DNA of 63,624 nucleotides, the filler included, from Octopus bimaculoides (lineage: Eukaryota), in assembly GCF_001194135.2 (NCBI RefSeq). It is 4 parts of 3 records of this genome, joined end to end, with 100 filler letters (N's around TTAATTAATTAA, not from the genome) between each part and the next. Parts side by side here need not be neighbours in the genome. Positions count along the whole stretch, not along the records: positions 1 to 28,524 come from NC_068988.1; positions 28,625 to 45,414 come from NC_068988.1; 2 more parts are not named here. One strand, 5' to 3'. Shown here piece by piece: positions 28,217 to 41,112 of this stretch (within the stretch, counting starts at the first letter, position 1; each line of letters opens with the position of its first letter). The notes under the pieces were generated by a model. It searched no databases, was not told the origin of the DNA, and was given only the letters and a program-made list of their open reading frames with translations. The position numbers and the translations under genes were made by a program.

Positions 28217-28524
28217 CCCCAATTTCTGGTTAAAACACCTGTCAGGAATGCATAAAAAGCTGGCAGAAAACTTTAACAACATACTAGCAGAGCCAGAGAC
28301 AATGCCTGAATGGCTCACAAAAGGGAAAACCATCTTAATCCCCAAATCCACGGAAACGGAGAAACCACAAAACTATAGACCTATAACCTGTCTCCCTACG
28401 ATCTACAAAGCCTTTACTGCAATAATATCGAAGAGATTGAGTAAACAACTGGAAAATAACAACCTGTTTCCAGAAGAGAAGAAGGGATGCTGCAAGGGCT
28501 CATACGGCTGTAAAGATCAATTAT
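28217..28524 (+). mobile_element. Second R4-like RT fragment from a different subfamily, cut by the spacer
   Basis: PNFWLKHLSGMHKKLA..LIPKSTETEKPQNYRPITCLPTIYK..KGCCKGSYGCKDQL. Confidence 0.9.
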
Positions 28525-28624
28525 NNNNNNNNNNNNNNNNNNNNNNNNNNNNNNNNNNNNNNNNNNNNTTAATTAATTAANNNNNNNNNNNNNNNNNNNN
28601 NNNNNNNNNNNNNNNNNNNNNNNN
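28525..28624. other. Artificial contig/scaffold spacer
   Basis: 44 N + TTAATTAATTAA (stops in all six frames) + 44 N = 100 bp. Confidence 0.95.
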
Positions 28625-28834
28625 TGATGTTGCTGTGTTTACATTCCTGTAACTTAGCGGTTTGGTAAAAGACTCTGACAGAATGAATACTAGGCTTACT
28701 AAGAATAAATCCTGTGGTTGATTTCTTTGACCAACGACGGTGCTCCACCATGGCCGCAGTCACATGACTGAAACAAGTAAAGCAATAAAAATCTATGCCA
28801 TTTTAATCCCAAGCAAGGCCAGGTATCTCTGCTA

Positions 28835-28872
<38 letters not shown>

Positions 28873-29257
28873 GTGTGTGTGTGTGTGTGTGTAGTTATGA
28901 TTAATACAAGTTTTACAAAAACACTAGATAATAAAAGTGCTGTATTTGGCTCTTCAAACACAGTATCATATGTACAATAACTCTTGACCAGAATCTAACA
29001 TTTGAAAAGGAGTTTCGGAAATAGGCAAATCATTGTTTAATTGGAATTGAGGTGTGTGTGAAACAGTATGCTTATTGACATTCCCCATCAGAAAAAAATA
29101 TCCCATAGCAAAGACATGAAATAAAAAGTCCATTACTTGACAAAGAAGGGTTAGTGACAGGTAAGCTACATTAGGTTGTAAAATGCTTCAGCAAAATGTA
29201 TTCATTGAACTCATGATACCATAGAAAAATGGGCTTTAAATGAAAATGAAACTAGCT

Positions 29258-29420
29258 GCAGGAGTGGCTGTGTAGTTAAGAAGCTTGCTTCTCAACCATG
29301 TGGTTTCAGGTTCAGTCCTATCATGCAACTCTTTAGTCAAGTGCCTTTTACTATAGCCCTGGGTAAACTAGAGCCTTGTGAGTTGATTTGGAAAATGGAA
29401 GCTGAAAAACCAGTCATGTG
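29258..29420 (+). mobile_element. SINE family B head, CpG-depleted
   Basis: ggagtggctgtgtagttaagaagcttgcttctcaaccatgtggtttcaggttcagtcc. Confidence 0.8.
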
Positions 29421-29439
29421 TATATGTATATATAACTTT

Positions 29440-29795
29440 TATCTTTTACTTGTCTCAGTCATTAGACTAGCCATTCTGGAGCACTACCTTGAAAAATTTT
29501 AGTTAAATGAATCAACCCTAGTACTTACTATCTTTTATGCCTGGTACTTATTCAATCAGTCTTCTTTGCTGTACTTCTTAGTTAGAGACATAAACATACC
29601 AACACCAGTTATTAAGTAATCGTGGGGGATAAATACAAAGACACACATACATATATGAATGGTTTCTTTCAGTTTCCATCTATGAAATTCACCTACCATG
29701 AGATTTTGGTTGGCCTACAGCTATAGTAGAAGACACTTGCCCAAGGTGCCTTGGAATCACATGGTTGGGAAGCAAACTTCTTACCACACAGCTAT
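29440..29795 (-). mobile_element. SINE family B copy, CpG-depleted
   Basis: agaagacacttgcccaaggtgcc ... atggttgggaagcaaacttcttaccacacagc. Confidence 0.8.
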
Positions 29796-29884
29796 GTGTG
29801 TGTCTCCTTGTCTAGACAGTGTGTGTGTATCCAAGATACAAGTGATGTTGTTCATTTCCAGTCTTCCAAGAAAAACATGTGTAA

Positions 29885-30025
29885 CCATGGGAAACATTAC
29901 CTAGCTTGGAAAGAGGTGAGAGTGGGTGACAGAAAAGGCCTTCAACTGTAAAAAACGAGCCTCAACAAATCCTACCTGACCCATGCTAGCATGGAAAAGT
30001 GGCTGTCAAAATGATGATGATGATG
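29885..30025 (+). mobile_element. SINE family D 3' part
   Basis: acccatgctagcatggaaaagtggctgtcaaaatgatgatgatg; same tail as the 45.1 kb copy. Confidence 0.6.
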
Positions 30026-30229
30026 TTATTAGTGGTGCTACGTGCCCTCAACACAGTCTTTGGTGGCTAACAATGTTATGTTACAGATATTTCTGCTGAA
30101 TCTTATGATATCTGTTCACAGTTATGTGGACTGTACCACAGGCAGGTGTTTATATTATTATTATTATTGCAACGATCATATGTGAACCATTGACTTATTT
30201 TCTGGTATGCTGGGGTCTTTTCCTACAAA

Positions 30230-30505
30230 CCTGAGCAGCTGTGACCCACTCACTTTTCACTATCTCTGCTTGTGCACCAACACAAGATAGTTGCCTCCAC
30301 AATATTCAATCTCTTAGGTTGTCAACCTCTGTTTCTCTTTCTATTAATTATGTCTTCCAAACAGGTCTTGCTGATGCCATAAACCATTCACTTAGTATGG
30401 CCAAGTAGTTCCAGTACTTTGTTTTTGATGACAGACGTGATTAATGGTAATTTGGTTATTCATCTTTGGTCTTCAATCCTGACATGGTCTGAGAGTTTGG
30501 TGTTA
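30230..30505 (-). mobile_element. RTE-like LINE C-terminal fragment
   Basis: HVRIEDQR.ITKLPLITSVIKNKVLELLGH..KTCLEDIINRKRNRG.PKR. Confidence 0.6.
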
Positions 30506-30509
30506 GTAG

Positions 30510-31080
30510 TAAGTCAGATTATACGATTCTGAAAAACTTCCAGTTTCTGTAGTGTAACAGGAGTCCAGTTGACACATTCTAGCCCATTTAAAACTACTGG
30601 AAGAACACAGGTGTTGTAGAGTCAATGAGAGATACATAAACTTACTAAATCTCACAAATAATTCAAAGGTCTTTATCAAAACTGATATTGGCACCTCCAG
30701 ATCTATCAATACCTTAAAAGGAGCGAAGCAAGGAGATATACTTTCGGCTGTACTCTTCTGTATTGTAATTACTGCAACTTTCTAAAACTGAAAATGAATG
30801 TCCATCTGGATTCTCAATAAGCAGTCACCTCCTCTCCAATCTCAGCTAACCTGATGATATTTCTGCAATAAATGAATCCTGTCAGGACTTACAGTCTTTT
30901 GTTGACTCTCTCGCTAAACATCCTGCAGAAGTCAAACTTCCTATCAATGTATCAAAAACAGAATCTGTGACAACAGATAAATCTAATCTGCATATCAACC
31001 TTTCAATATATGGCAAACCAGTAAAGCAAGTTTCTGAGTTCATCTACCTTGGACACAAACTCTTTTCAAAAAACAATGAA
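30510..31080 (+). mobile_element. RTE-like LINE RT core fragment (domains 3-7)
   Basis: KGAKQGDILSAVLF; LS*PDDI (decayed YADD); INVSKT; VSEFIYLG. Confidence 0.8.
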
Positions 31081-31210
31081 TTGGACTTGGTTGCACTTAC
31101 TTCATAACAAACACCATACCACTTAAAATCAAACAGCTGTGACAGAAATTTTAAAAAAGACTATAAAAATGTATATTTTAAGTGAAAAAGAAAAAAAGAA
31201 CAATTTAAAA

Positions 31211-32718
31211 TTTATTTTCATAAATTTTTATAATACAAGAATGAGTAAGCATGCAACTTTCTTGCTGAAAAAATATGATAGATCGAAAGGAGATGCAACG
31301 TTAAATTGATAGTTTTGTAGTTTGACCATCAAAATGCTAAGTGTACTAGATATAGATATAAACACTAGGTCAACAGAAAAAAAAGTTGGGTAGATGGGTG
31401 AGAATGAAAAATCTGAAAAATATATTTTAAAATCATTTGGACTTAATTATGCAGTAATGTTCAAATTACAATCATTGGGGAAAATAATTAAGTTTTATTT
31501 GTTTAATTACAGAGCTTTATAGGAAAATTTGAAACAGGCAGTAATAATCAGCTTGGAAATCTTAATTAGCAGCAGAGATATTATGACAGTTAATTATATT
31601 CAGTAATATATAAATGTATTAAAAATTATTCTTTTGTGAAATATCTGGATAGTATTAAAACATTTTAAAAATAGAAGATTGTATGTAAATTTCCCTTGAC
31701 TGGGCTCACAGTACACAACAATAACGACAGTTGTAAACAAAAATATCAAGTTGCTATCATATTTTTCAAATATATGAAAAAAGTATTTGGCAAAAATTTG
31801 TTGTAGGTATCTATCATTTAAATCTTTTTAAACATCTCAATTTTTTTTTTTTCATCTTCTGAGAAGTATTTGATAGACTTTGAAAAGGATAACAAAGGAT
31901 TAGTGTCTACTGTACAAACTGGAAGAGTTTTGATTAGAAATAACAATGTGTGTTCTAGAAAACAACACTGGTTAAATATATCATTGTTATAACAGTTGAG
32001 CAAACAACTATATTCTCAAGGGGCCTAAAGGCCCCCCCACCCACTTATTATGCACATCATTTCTTTAACCACACGAAGAGTGGTATCAAAACAAACAGAA
32101 TGGGAGGATGTGAGATAAAAATAAAAGGGCTGACTTTTCAACATCAGACCCTATGTTTTGGTATGTTAATACATAATAATATTTCTGTGGGATCTTTAAA
32201 ACATATGTTTAAAACCTTATGACAGCAGTCTTGAAGAACCATTTAGTTTCTGATCATTTTAGAAAATTACAAAGTGATCTAAGAAATGTCAGCCATATTC
32301 ACTTTACTACAGCTTGCTGTGAAATAAAGGATTAAGTTTTGTAAAAGCTATACTCTGGCTAATTTCACTGAAATAAAAAGAAAGCTGTAGATCATTGTTT
32401 TCATTTAGTAGAAGTCAGTTCTAGTTGTTCTGTGTTCAAGACTTTAAAAGCTGGGCAATTTAGATAAAAACCTTCTCACTAACAGTGGTTAAGACTAGAA
32501 AAACCTACCTATTAAGCATTTCTTTTTAGAAATGCTTAAATTATTTCAGTTTAAAACCGTAAAATGTAGTTTAGTAAACTGCAGTCTTAAAATAAATAAA
32601 AATAACAAGGCACATTAAGGTGATGGCTGGAAAATAAAAAATGAAATATTGTATTATAGAAAATATTTTGGGTTTACCAATGTTGTCAAAAATTAATGAA
32701 ATATGCCAAAGAGAAATT

Positions 32719-32764
<46 letters not shown>

Positions 32765-34046
32765 GCATGCACGCGCGCACACACACACACACACAAGCAC
32801 ACTTATTTGTGTGGTGTGCAGATATGTCTGTACCTATATATGTGTGAGTAAGCATAAATAAATTTGCATGTAAAGGTATGTATGTTAAATATTATGGCTT
32901 TTAGATAAAAACTGGAACATTCCAAGAAGGTTTTCACTGAAAATGTTTAGTTAGATTATTGTTTCCATTCTTAAATATAATTAAATCTGGTCAGACTACT
33001 GTTGCTTGTTTAGCAGTGTTATAAGAGGTCAACCAGATATCAATGACAAAACATTGTTATCACTTGAATGACCATAAAACTCATGAATAATTAATTAAAA
33101 TTAAAAATATGTAAATCAAACTTCAGGCCATAACACAGTTAGTAAAGGGGATTTCTTTTAATTGTTTTCGTACAGTAAACCAAAATTCTCCTTGGCTTGA
33201 CCATCCAATCTATGGTACTAACCTGTCAGTTATTGACATTGTGTTATCAATAATAATAATCAATATAAAAAAACAAAAAAAACAAAAAACTAAAAAGGGT
33301 CACCATACTATTGTTGAATAGTATATAAACTATCTCAACCAACCAACCAAATTTCTGATTAGCAACCACACCACTTGGATTTATCCACCTCATTCCATCT
33401 GGAAACTTCTAACCAACCGACCAACTGACCAGCCAACCAAGAAACCACTGCATATGCATGTGTATGTGGGTGTAATTTTTTTAATCCTATTTAGCTGTTA
33501 TAATCTTGGTGTTCTAGAAATTTGACATTATATAATCTTTTGATAGGATACACAATAGAGCAAGGAAGAAGTATTGTTTTGGCTGTGTGTAAGTGTGTGA
33601 AATGCTCAATATCATAGACTTGTGATAAGAGTGGATGTCAGAGTTATTGAAGAAAAGAAGAAAAAATAATGTTCAGAAAGAGAGAGAGAGGGGGGAGGGA
33701 GAGATGAATGAGGGCAAAACAAAGATGGTAAAAGAGCAAATGATAAGATGGGAGTGGTTAAAGAGAACAGAATATGCATTAGAAAAAGGGGAAAAGGAGT
33801 TATAAAAGAGGGAGAGAGACAACAAGGATATAAATGGAGGAAAAAGAAAAGAAATAAAGAGGGATAAGTGAAGAAAAAAGTGGGAGACATTCATTTATCA
33901 ATGTGTGTGAGTGGAAGATGGTGGTGGTGGTGGTGAGAAGACTTGCTGTAACAGGTTGATCATCAGCTTAGTCCAAGGACTGTTTCTGCTCGTGGTGGGG
34001 TCAAACAGATAAAGGCATCTATAAGTTCAGCATCTGATGGTCATTT
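31211..34046 (-). other. TRAF7: Putative TRAF7 3' UTR (3' end uncertain)
   Basis: AT-rich, largely TE-free sequence after the stop. Minus-strand AATAAA hexamers at 31494-31499 and 31211-31216. Confidence 0.35.
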
Positions 34047-34058
34047 TTATTGCCAAAC
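34047..34058 (-). CDS. TRAF7: TRAF7 terminal coding exon: GTT TGG CAA TAA = VWQ*
   Basis: Strong acceptor ttattttgttcttcag followed by VWQ-stop. Human TRAF7 ends VWTC* after an intron at the same position. Confidence 0.85.
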   Translation of the reverse strand, partial: VWQ

Positions 34059-35035
34059 CTGAAGAACAAAATAACATGTAAAAGAATGGTCATTTGAATA
34101 AGAAACAACATTTCTTCAAAAAGCATGTTGAAACAATGATGGACACATTTAAGAAGGAGGGGTCATAAAGAGGTGGTGGGGAGCTATGAAATTAAATAGC
34201 TCTAGAAATAAGGGTTGAATGCATTTATCATTGTATCATCATCATCCTCATCACCACTGTCATCTCCATCCCTAATCATCAAGAGAACTTCTGTGTGGTC
34301 ACTCAACCCAATGGAAATATCAAACAAATTTACCACAAATCACATCCTAAATTTCTCAACAACGTAAGAGAAGGACACAGTAGATTATGTAATCTTAGAT
34401 ATAAACCTTGTCTGAAAAACGACAGAATGGTCATGGATGGAATGCCGTTGATAATAGATTATTTTCCAAGCTGCTATAGTTTAGATTGGTCAGTAGTACA
34501 GCAAATAACCATTCTTTTCATACCTGTTGTCTGTGGTGCCTTTAGCATTTGCAGACTTACCCTTATCAATTCAATTTCATGTTTTTCCCTAATATAGTGA
34601 CACTTCACTTTTAGGAGACAATGTATTTTCCACCTAGATAGGGTCCAAACCGATACGGTTAATTCTCTTGGATTTACAGTGGCAGAATTGTTAGAATATC
34701 ACACAAAATACCATGTAATATTTGATCCAGCTGTCTACATTCTAAGTTCAAATCCTGCAGAAGTCAACTTTGCCTTTCATTGTTCAGCCTTGTTCCTCTG
34801 TTAGAAACAATTCTAATATAACACACACACTACTTACATTTAGCTGACATATTTGGGATTAAATTTGGATGTTATTGTTCATGTAATTTTGTAAGACTGA
34901 GATGGAGATAATATAGCAGAAAGATGCCTCTACTACTAACAGCATAAAGTCAAGTAAATAAAATAACACAACGTAATCAGCTGGGAATTTCTTATTTCTA
35001 CAAGCTTACTGCATTATTTATAAAATGTCATTTAA

Positions 35036-35240
35036 CCCTTTTGTTACCACATTTTGGTTGAAATACATTGCCTTTTTGTCAAATGATTTTGAAAAGGAAA
35101 ATAAATTTAGGAAAATAACTGTCATTATTAAGCTGGTATTTGGAACAAGAATTAGCATAAAATTTCGATGGAAAATTTTGATTTAGTTTACTTTAAAACA
35201 GGAAGTTTGTATCATCGAACCAAGGATGGTTTCAAAAGGG
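35036..35240. mobile_element. piggyBac-like MITE, 205 bp
   Basis: TTAA on both sides (35032-35035, 35241-35244); TIRs CCCTTTTGTTACC / rc CCCTTTTGAAACC. Confidence 0.75.
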
Positions 35241-36318
35241 TTAAACATAACATTACCAGACAATCTTCCTGTTGAATTTAGAATGTTTCTTGCATTATTT
35301 CCTCTCAACAAGATGTTACTTAGCTTATTATTGCCAATACAAATAAACTTCAGCAATTAAAAACTGAGTTCATTGTTTTTGCTTACCTTCAATTTATTGT
35401 TATAAATATATTTTAGCAAGGAAGTTTTATGGTTGCTGAAGCCAATACTTTTATAGTTATTACATTTAAGGAGATTTGGGAGAATATATTTTGTTTCAGT
35501 TAAGCAAAATAGGGACAAGCTGGGTAAAGTATTTCATTTAAGTACAACATACTGTCGGTAGCATGTTTGAGCTTAAGACATTGTGATTACAGTCATAATA
35601 CCACAGTCACTGTATCTTATTTAATAATCTAAACAGCAACAATACAAACCTAATATACTGTACTAGCTCTAAAATCTTCATGCTAATATGTGACAAAAGG
35701 AAACTATGTTTCAGGCAACGAATGCCAAAAAGTGTGACACAGCACAACTTTAAAATAGTTTTATATCTTAATATTGAAGTAAAGTGTGACTAATTTTTCA
35801 TTTAATCTCCAGTGAGAAATAAAGTAAAAAAAAAAAGAAAGAAATTGTGAGCTACAGAGTCAGGGTAATATATTATGAATGGAATGTCTTATATTACAAA
35901 AACTGAAGCAATAAATAGTAGAAATACATGTGATATTAGATTAGTTTTATCTCACATTTTAGAAAATAACAAAATTCATGATAGTGGTTGGTTGGTTTTG
36001 TGCTTTAAATCATCATTTCAAGTGAATATTGAGAAAGGACAACTTTTGATGACAGTGTGGCAACTGTTATCTTCCTGACTGCTGAATTACATGAGTTGAC
36101 TAATGACTTATGAAGATGCTCCAGTGTATCTCTCAACAAGATAATTTTAGGTGATTCAGTGTGTCTACCTAGTGGCAGACAGACACACTTTTTGAGAAAT
36201 TTAGATTCAGTCATTCACTACTCCATCGAACATGAAGATATTTTTCCTCTCTCAAACTCCAGAATCTGAGACTTTGTTGAAGCGATAGCTGGGGGGGAAA
36301 CCATAGCATTGTTTGTTA

Positions 36319-36444
<126 letters not shown>

Positions 36445-37383
36445 CTACAGATTGAAAAAAAATAACATTCTATCAAATAAATTACACAAAATAAAAATAA
36501 TCAGTTACATATTAATTATCTAATAGAGCCACTGTCATCATTATCATTAACCTCTTGGATTAAAATCATTATATTTTCATGTTAGCATTGCGTCTGCAAT
36601 TGTTTTACTTGTCTTAATTCCATGAATTAAGTGTTCTTAGACCTAACCAGACTTGCAATTTCCATTGTATTCTTTGAGGCTATCTAAGCAAAGTCTACAC
36701 TCCATTGTGTTCAGATTATGGTATTTTTCACCCATTTTCCCTCATGATGATTAATTTTTAAGTTTGTTCATCTCGTCCATGTTAGATGAATCAACCAATT
36801 CATTTCTCATCCTACAACAATGAAGACTACCATTTTCAACTTTGTCATATTTCTATCACAAAGTTTAGGAAACTTTCTCCCTTTAACATGTATCATTCAT
36901 TTAGATATGGGTGTAATTACTGAAACGCATATTTCATACAGCAGACAATAGATAATCTCCCCTTCAATGTATTTGTATATTGTTATTTTTTTTTTAAGAA
37001 GGGAACTAAAAGAACAATTAGATATTAAAAGATGCAGTATAGGTGACTATCACTGGAATGCAGATGTGCTGCAAATGACAAAGTGCCACAGAATCACAGG
37101 GGAAGTAATGATAGATGATGAAATGTGGTATTGCAGGCTGATCTAAATTATAACTGAATGAAACAAATGGATATTTTTCACAACATTGATAAAACATGGC
37201 TGGACCACTACCACACCACCCTACATACTGTTTACATTGCATCGTCCCCACCACACCACCTCACTCTACATATCATCACCACCACCCCACCTTCTTCACA
37301 ATCCCCACGAGAAGGTCATGACACTGTTTCCACCACTCTACCCTACACATTAATGTTAAGTTGTAATATATGTGGTTACATAC

Positions 37384-37515
37384 CCGTAATGAACGATCAT
37401 AGGATGCACTGAAAACTTTTGTACCAGGGTTAGTGTGTAAGACTGCCAATGCATATACAGTGCCTGAGTGTCCCATAAGAGTAGTGACCTGGTTGTAGGT
37501 CCCTAATTCCCATAC
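37384..37515 (-). CDS. TRAF7: TRAF7 coding exon (WD40), 132 nt: [44 protein letters not shown]
   Basis: Matches human [30 protein letters not shown]. Acceptor ttttttttag, donor CGG|gtatgt. Confidence 0.95.
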
Positions 37516-38547
37516 CTAAAAAAAATAAGATTCTTTATGATTAGTTACATATCAAATTTAAGAGAATATGAGAATATAGTTACAGTAAATTCCCTCCTTT
37601 CCAGTACCATGAGCACTGAAGGGTTGTTGGATAACTGAATTTTATGGATATATCTGATCATCAATTTTAAAATTATCACAGTACCTTCAAACCTATTAAA
37701 ATTTGCTCTCTCTCCATATACATATATTACTATTAATATTCTGAATATAGTATAAATAAAAGAAATAGGAAGAAATAAAAGAATAATTTAAGTAAAGAAC
37801 AAATTTTATTTATGTAATGAAATACAGGTACAGCAAATGCAGTAAAATAAAATGCTGTACTGAGAAGCAATGATCTACTTTAGAACAGTAGAAACTTTCT
37901 TTCTTTTAATGACAATGAATTAACACAAATTCTCTTAACTTGAATTAACTCCACAATTTTCTTTTACTTTTTTTTTCTGGGTGCCGGTTGCTTTGAAAGT
38001 TGTACTTATTTGAGAACCAGATAAGCGGGTGTTTACTGTAACTGATTTTTCCTTCATAAAACTTAATTTATAAAATTCTAAATGAGAAAAAGTCAAAACC
38101 AATGGCAGCTCAACTAAAATCTATGGTTTGACAATACAATGTTGTAATATTATAATACTGTAGTGAATTAAACATCTCCACACTACCTTAAATTTATGAT
38201 GTTCATACTTTTCACAATATAAGTGAATTGAAATAATGAAATATTTGATCACAGCTGAATCTTGAAATATTTGAGCTTTAACACCAAATACAATAAACTG
38301 TTTATATAGTTTATAAGTGAAGACAGCGCCTTTACTTTTTTCAGTCACATAAACTATGTAGACATTATGATCTCCTGTCACTATCACTAAAGTTTTTCTA
38401 AGTTCAAATGCTACCAAGGTTAATTTAACCTGTAATTCTTGTAGAATGAATAAAATAACTTATTTCTGGATGCTTAAATCTATCTTTCTTTTCAAATCAA
38501 TTCATTTCTAGTGAAATATTTGAGAAACAAGCAAAACTACAACCTAC

Positions 38548-38667
38548 ATGAATACAGTTTTCATAGGTACCACATAAAATATGGTGGTCTGTCACTGCAA
38601 TACTGTACACACTTCCACCAGAAGTTTCAAGCATTCGAATACATTCCAGTGTTTCAAGGTCCCACAT
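38548..38667 (-). CDS. TRAF7: TRAF7 coding exon (WD40), 120 nt: [40 protein letters not shown]
   Basis: Matches human [40 protein letters not shown]. Acceptor ttatgcag, donor CAT|gtaggt. Missing from the ORF track. Confidence 0.95.
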
Positions 38668-38989
38668 CTGCATAATTAAAAAACAAAATTAGTATTATAA
38701 TTTAAAGTTTAACTATTTGAAAATTTTGGATTTGGTAAAAACTGGTTATCTTTCAGTGAATTATCATCTAATCCGTACCTAAAACATTCTAGAAGCTGTT
38801 TCTGCTGAGAAGAATTGTGATAAGAAAACAAAGAGACAGAGTAAGTTTTATTCAACATAGAAGCATTAACAATGAAGGAGTTTACTCAAGAAATGAGTGA
38901 CAAGTACTCTGAGTAACATCTCAATAATTTGGTTTGCACTTTTAGAACTGCTAGGAAAACATAAAATTGCTTCAAATTTTAGTACAAGG

Positions 38990-39140
38990 CCAGTATTCTT
39001 AGGGGAGTGGGTTAGTATCATAAGCCCCCAGTACTTGACTGTTTATTTTATTGACCTTGAAAGATGAAAAACAAAGTTGACCTTGGCAGGATGGGAACTC
39101 AGAATATAAATAGCCAGAAAAAATATTGTAAAGTATTCTC
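38990..39140 (-). mobile_element. SINE family A fragment, CpG-depleted
   Basis: tttattgaccttgaaagatgaaaaacaaagttgaccttggcagga. Confidence 0.65.
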
Positions 39141-40246
39141 TGACAATTTGGTCAGTTCACTGCTTTCAAGGATATCGCAAAATACCAGCAAACAATATTA
39201 TCACACAAGTCATGGCCTTATAGCCATCCATTCTCTCTCTTTCTCTTAGATCATGTGCATAACTTTACAGCCCCCTTTCATTGGCTTGAGGAAATGGGGT
39301 GGTACCTATATTCATGACAGGAAACAAAAATAGAGCAGGGATGAGAATGTGGTTTTTATAATAATGACTAAATTTTTTTTTACAATAATGAAAATTGTTG
39401 TATACAGTGCTTAGGTGCACTACAACTCATAAGAAAAAGTAACCAAAACTGCATGAACAGTACATAGAATAGAACAAGATGTAAAAAAAAAGGGGGTGTG
39501 GATACATCAGTTGTACTGTTGGCAGATTTCAAGGAAGCATAGAAGTTTTGAAGGATGCAGTTCCTGACAACCAACCATTGACATAGGTAGTTTATTCCAT
39601 GCTTCAGTAATTCTGAGTGTGAAAAAATGTTTCTGAAAGTTATGGGAGCTGTGTTATATTTTGATTTTGTAAGCATGTCTATAAGTGTTAGACATATGAA
39701 ATTCAAAAAAGTGCCCAAGGTTGTTGTTGGAAAGATGGTGGATAATCTTGTGGGTGTCTGACAATGTGTCCATGCTCAGGGAAGCAAGATATTCAGAGTA
39801 TGGTAGATACCTGACAACAGGTATTTGTTTGGTTGCATGTTTCTGAACAGTTTCCAGGAGATTGATATGCTGAGCAAGATAGGGGTTCCAGACAGGTGAT
39901 GCAAATTCTAAATGTGGATGTACCATTGTCATATACAGTTTTAAATAGATACCTGGAGAGCAGCTGACAAAGGTCTTACTGAGTGATGCTAAGACACCCT
40001 CAGCCTTCTTGACAATTTTAGAGATGTGATTTGTCCAACTCAGATTTCTGTTGACAATAATGCCCAGGTCATGTTCCCTATCAAATTTCTTAAGATTGGT
40101 GTTGTTGAGAGAATATGTAAAAGCTGGGGTTTTCCTCCCAAAATGTATGATGGTGCACTTATCCACAGCCAGCTTGAGTTGCCAGTCAGTAATCCATTGC
40201 TGCATTGTGTCTAGGTTTGACCGCAAGAAAAATCTACAGCATATAG

Positions 40247-40977
40247 CAGGGATTGGCGAACCAGGGTAAATTACCTCAAGTGGGGTAAAAATAAAATTCT
40301 TGGGGTAATGAGGACTCATTAGACATAAGTAAAATTATATAAAAATGTGTTCTTTGTTATGACAAAAAATTTTCTTCTGGCAACACTGCATCTGTCCAAT
40401 GTAATATAGACATGATTCATATAAATGGATTTGTAGGCACAGTTACCTCTCCTGATGGTAGCTGCCTAAATAGCTCGCCACTAGGTGGCACAACATGTAA
40501 CTCTAAGGTTCCGGCACACAATCCTTTCTCTTTGTTATCGCGACAGCAGTGTGTAAGGATGTGACTTCAATAGCTCTTGCATAACGCACACAACAGTTAA
40601 CAGACATTGAGTAGCTGTGACATAGAATACACAGAAGCTGAACATGGCCTTCACTTGTAAACACCTTCCATGATTATTCAACTTGTATATATTTGTGACA
40701 TGGAGTAAAAGCATTTAAAAGCTATAGCTTGGTTCTATGAATTCATTGTACAGTGTTTCTTCTTCGAATGACATCTATTCCAGCTTTCTGAACAGAGTCA
40801 TCATTAGATGGTTTCACCACGTGAGACCATGACCATCTATAGATCCAATAAAATATATTCAATAAATCTTTTGAATTCAAAGAATCTATGATTTTCTTCC
40901 TTTCAAATTAAGGGGGTAATGTCAGCATAAATAAATATATTTTGGAGTAATTGGTTAAAAAAGTTCCCCGACCCCTG
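40247..40977. mobile_element. hAT-superfamily MITE, 731 bp
   Basis: TIRs CAGGGATTGGCGAAC / rc CAGGGGTCGGGGAAC (12/15). 8-bp TSD gcatatag (40239-40246) / gcatatgg (40978-40985). Confidence 0.85.
40475..40493 (+). promoter_or_regulatory. Candidate CTCF motif
   Basis: tcgCCACTAGGTGGCAca matches the CTCF core CCAC(C/T)AG(G/A)(G/T)GGC(A/G). Motif match only. Confidence 0.3.
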
Positions 40978-41112
40978 GCATATGGGATTTGTTCTTTTTA
41001 TCTCAAGCTTGATGTCATCTGCTTATTTCAACACTGCAAATATTTTTCAAGTTGGTATCTATGTCATTAATATATGCAGCAAACAACAGAAAGAGATTAT
41101 AAAAAACTATAA

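Larger units (their letters stand above)
39700..41112 (-). mobile_element. CR1-clade LINE RT fragment interrupted by a hAT MITE
   Basis: YINDI..(Y)ADDIKL at about 41000-41075 joins in frame, after removing the MITE, to NLDTMQQWITDWQLKLAVDKC..DLGIIV..LSWTNHI..PHLEFASPVWNP..LETVQ. Confidence 0.9.

Noticed and set aside
28569-28580. TTAATTAATTAA as a biological PacI or homeodomain site
   Set aside because: Centred in exactly 44+44 N three times; artificial spacer.
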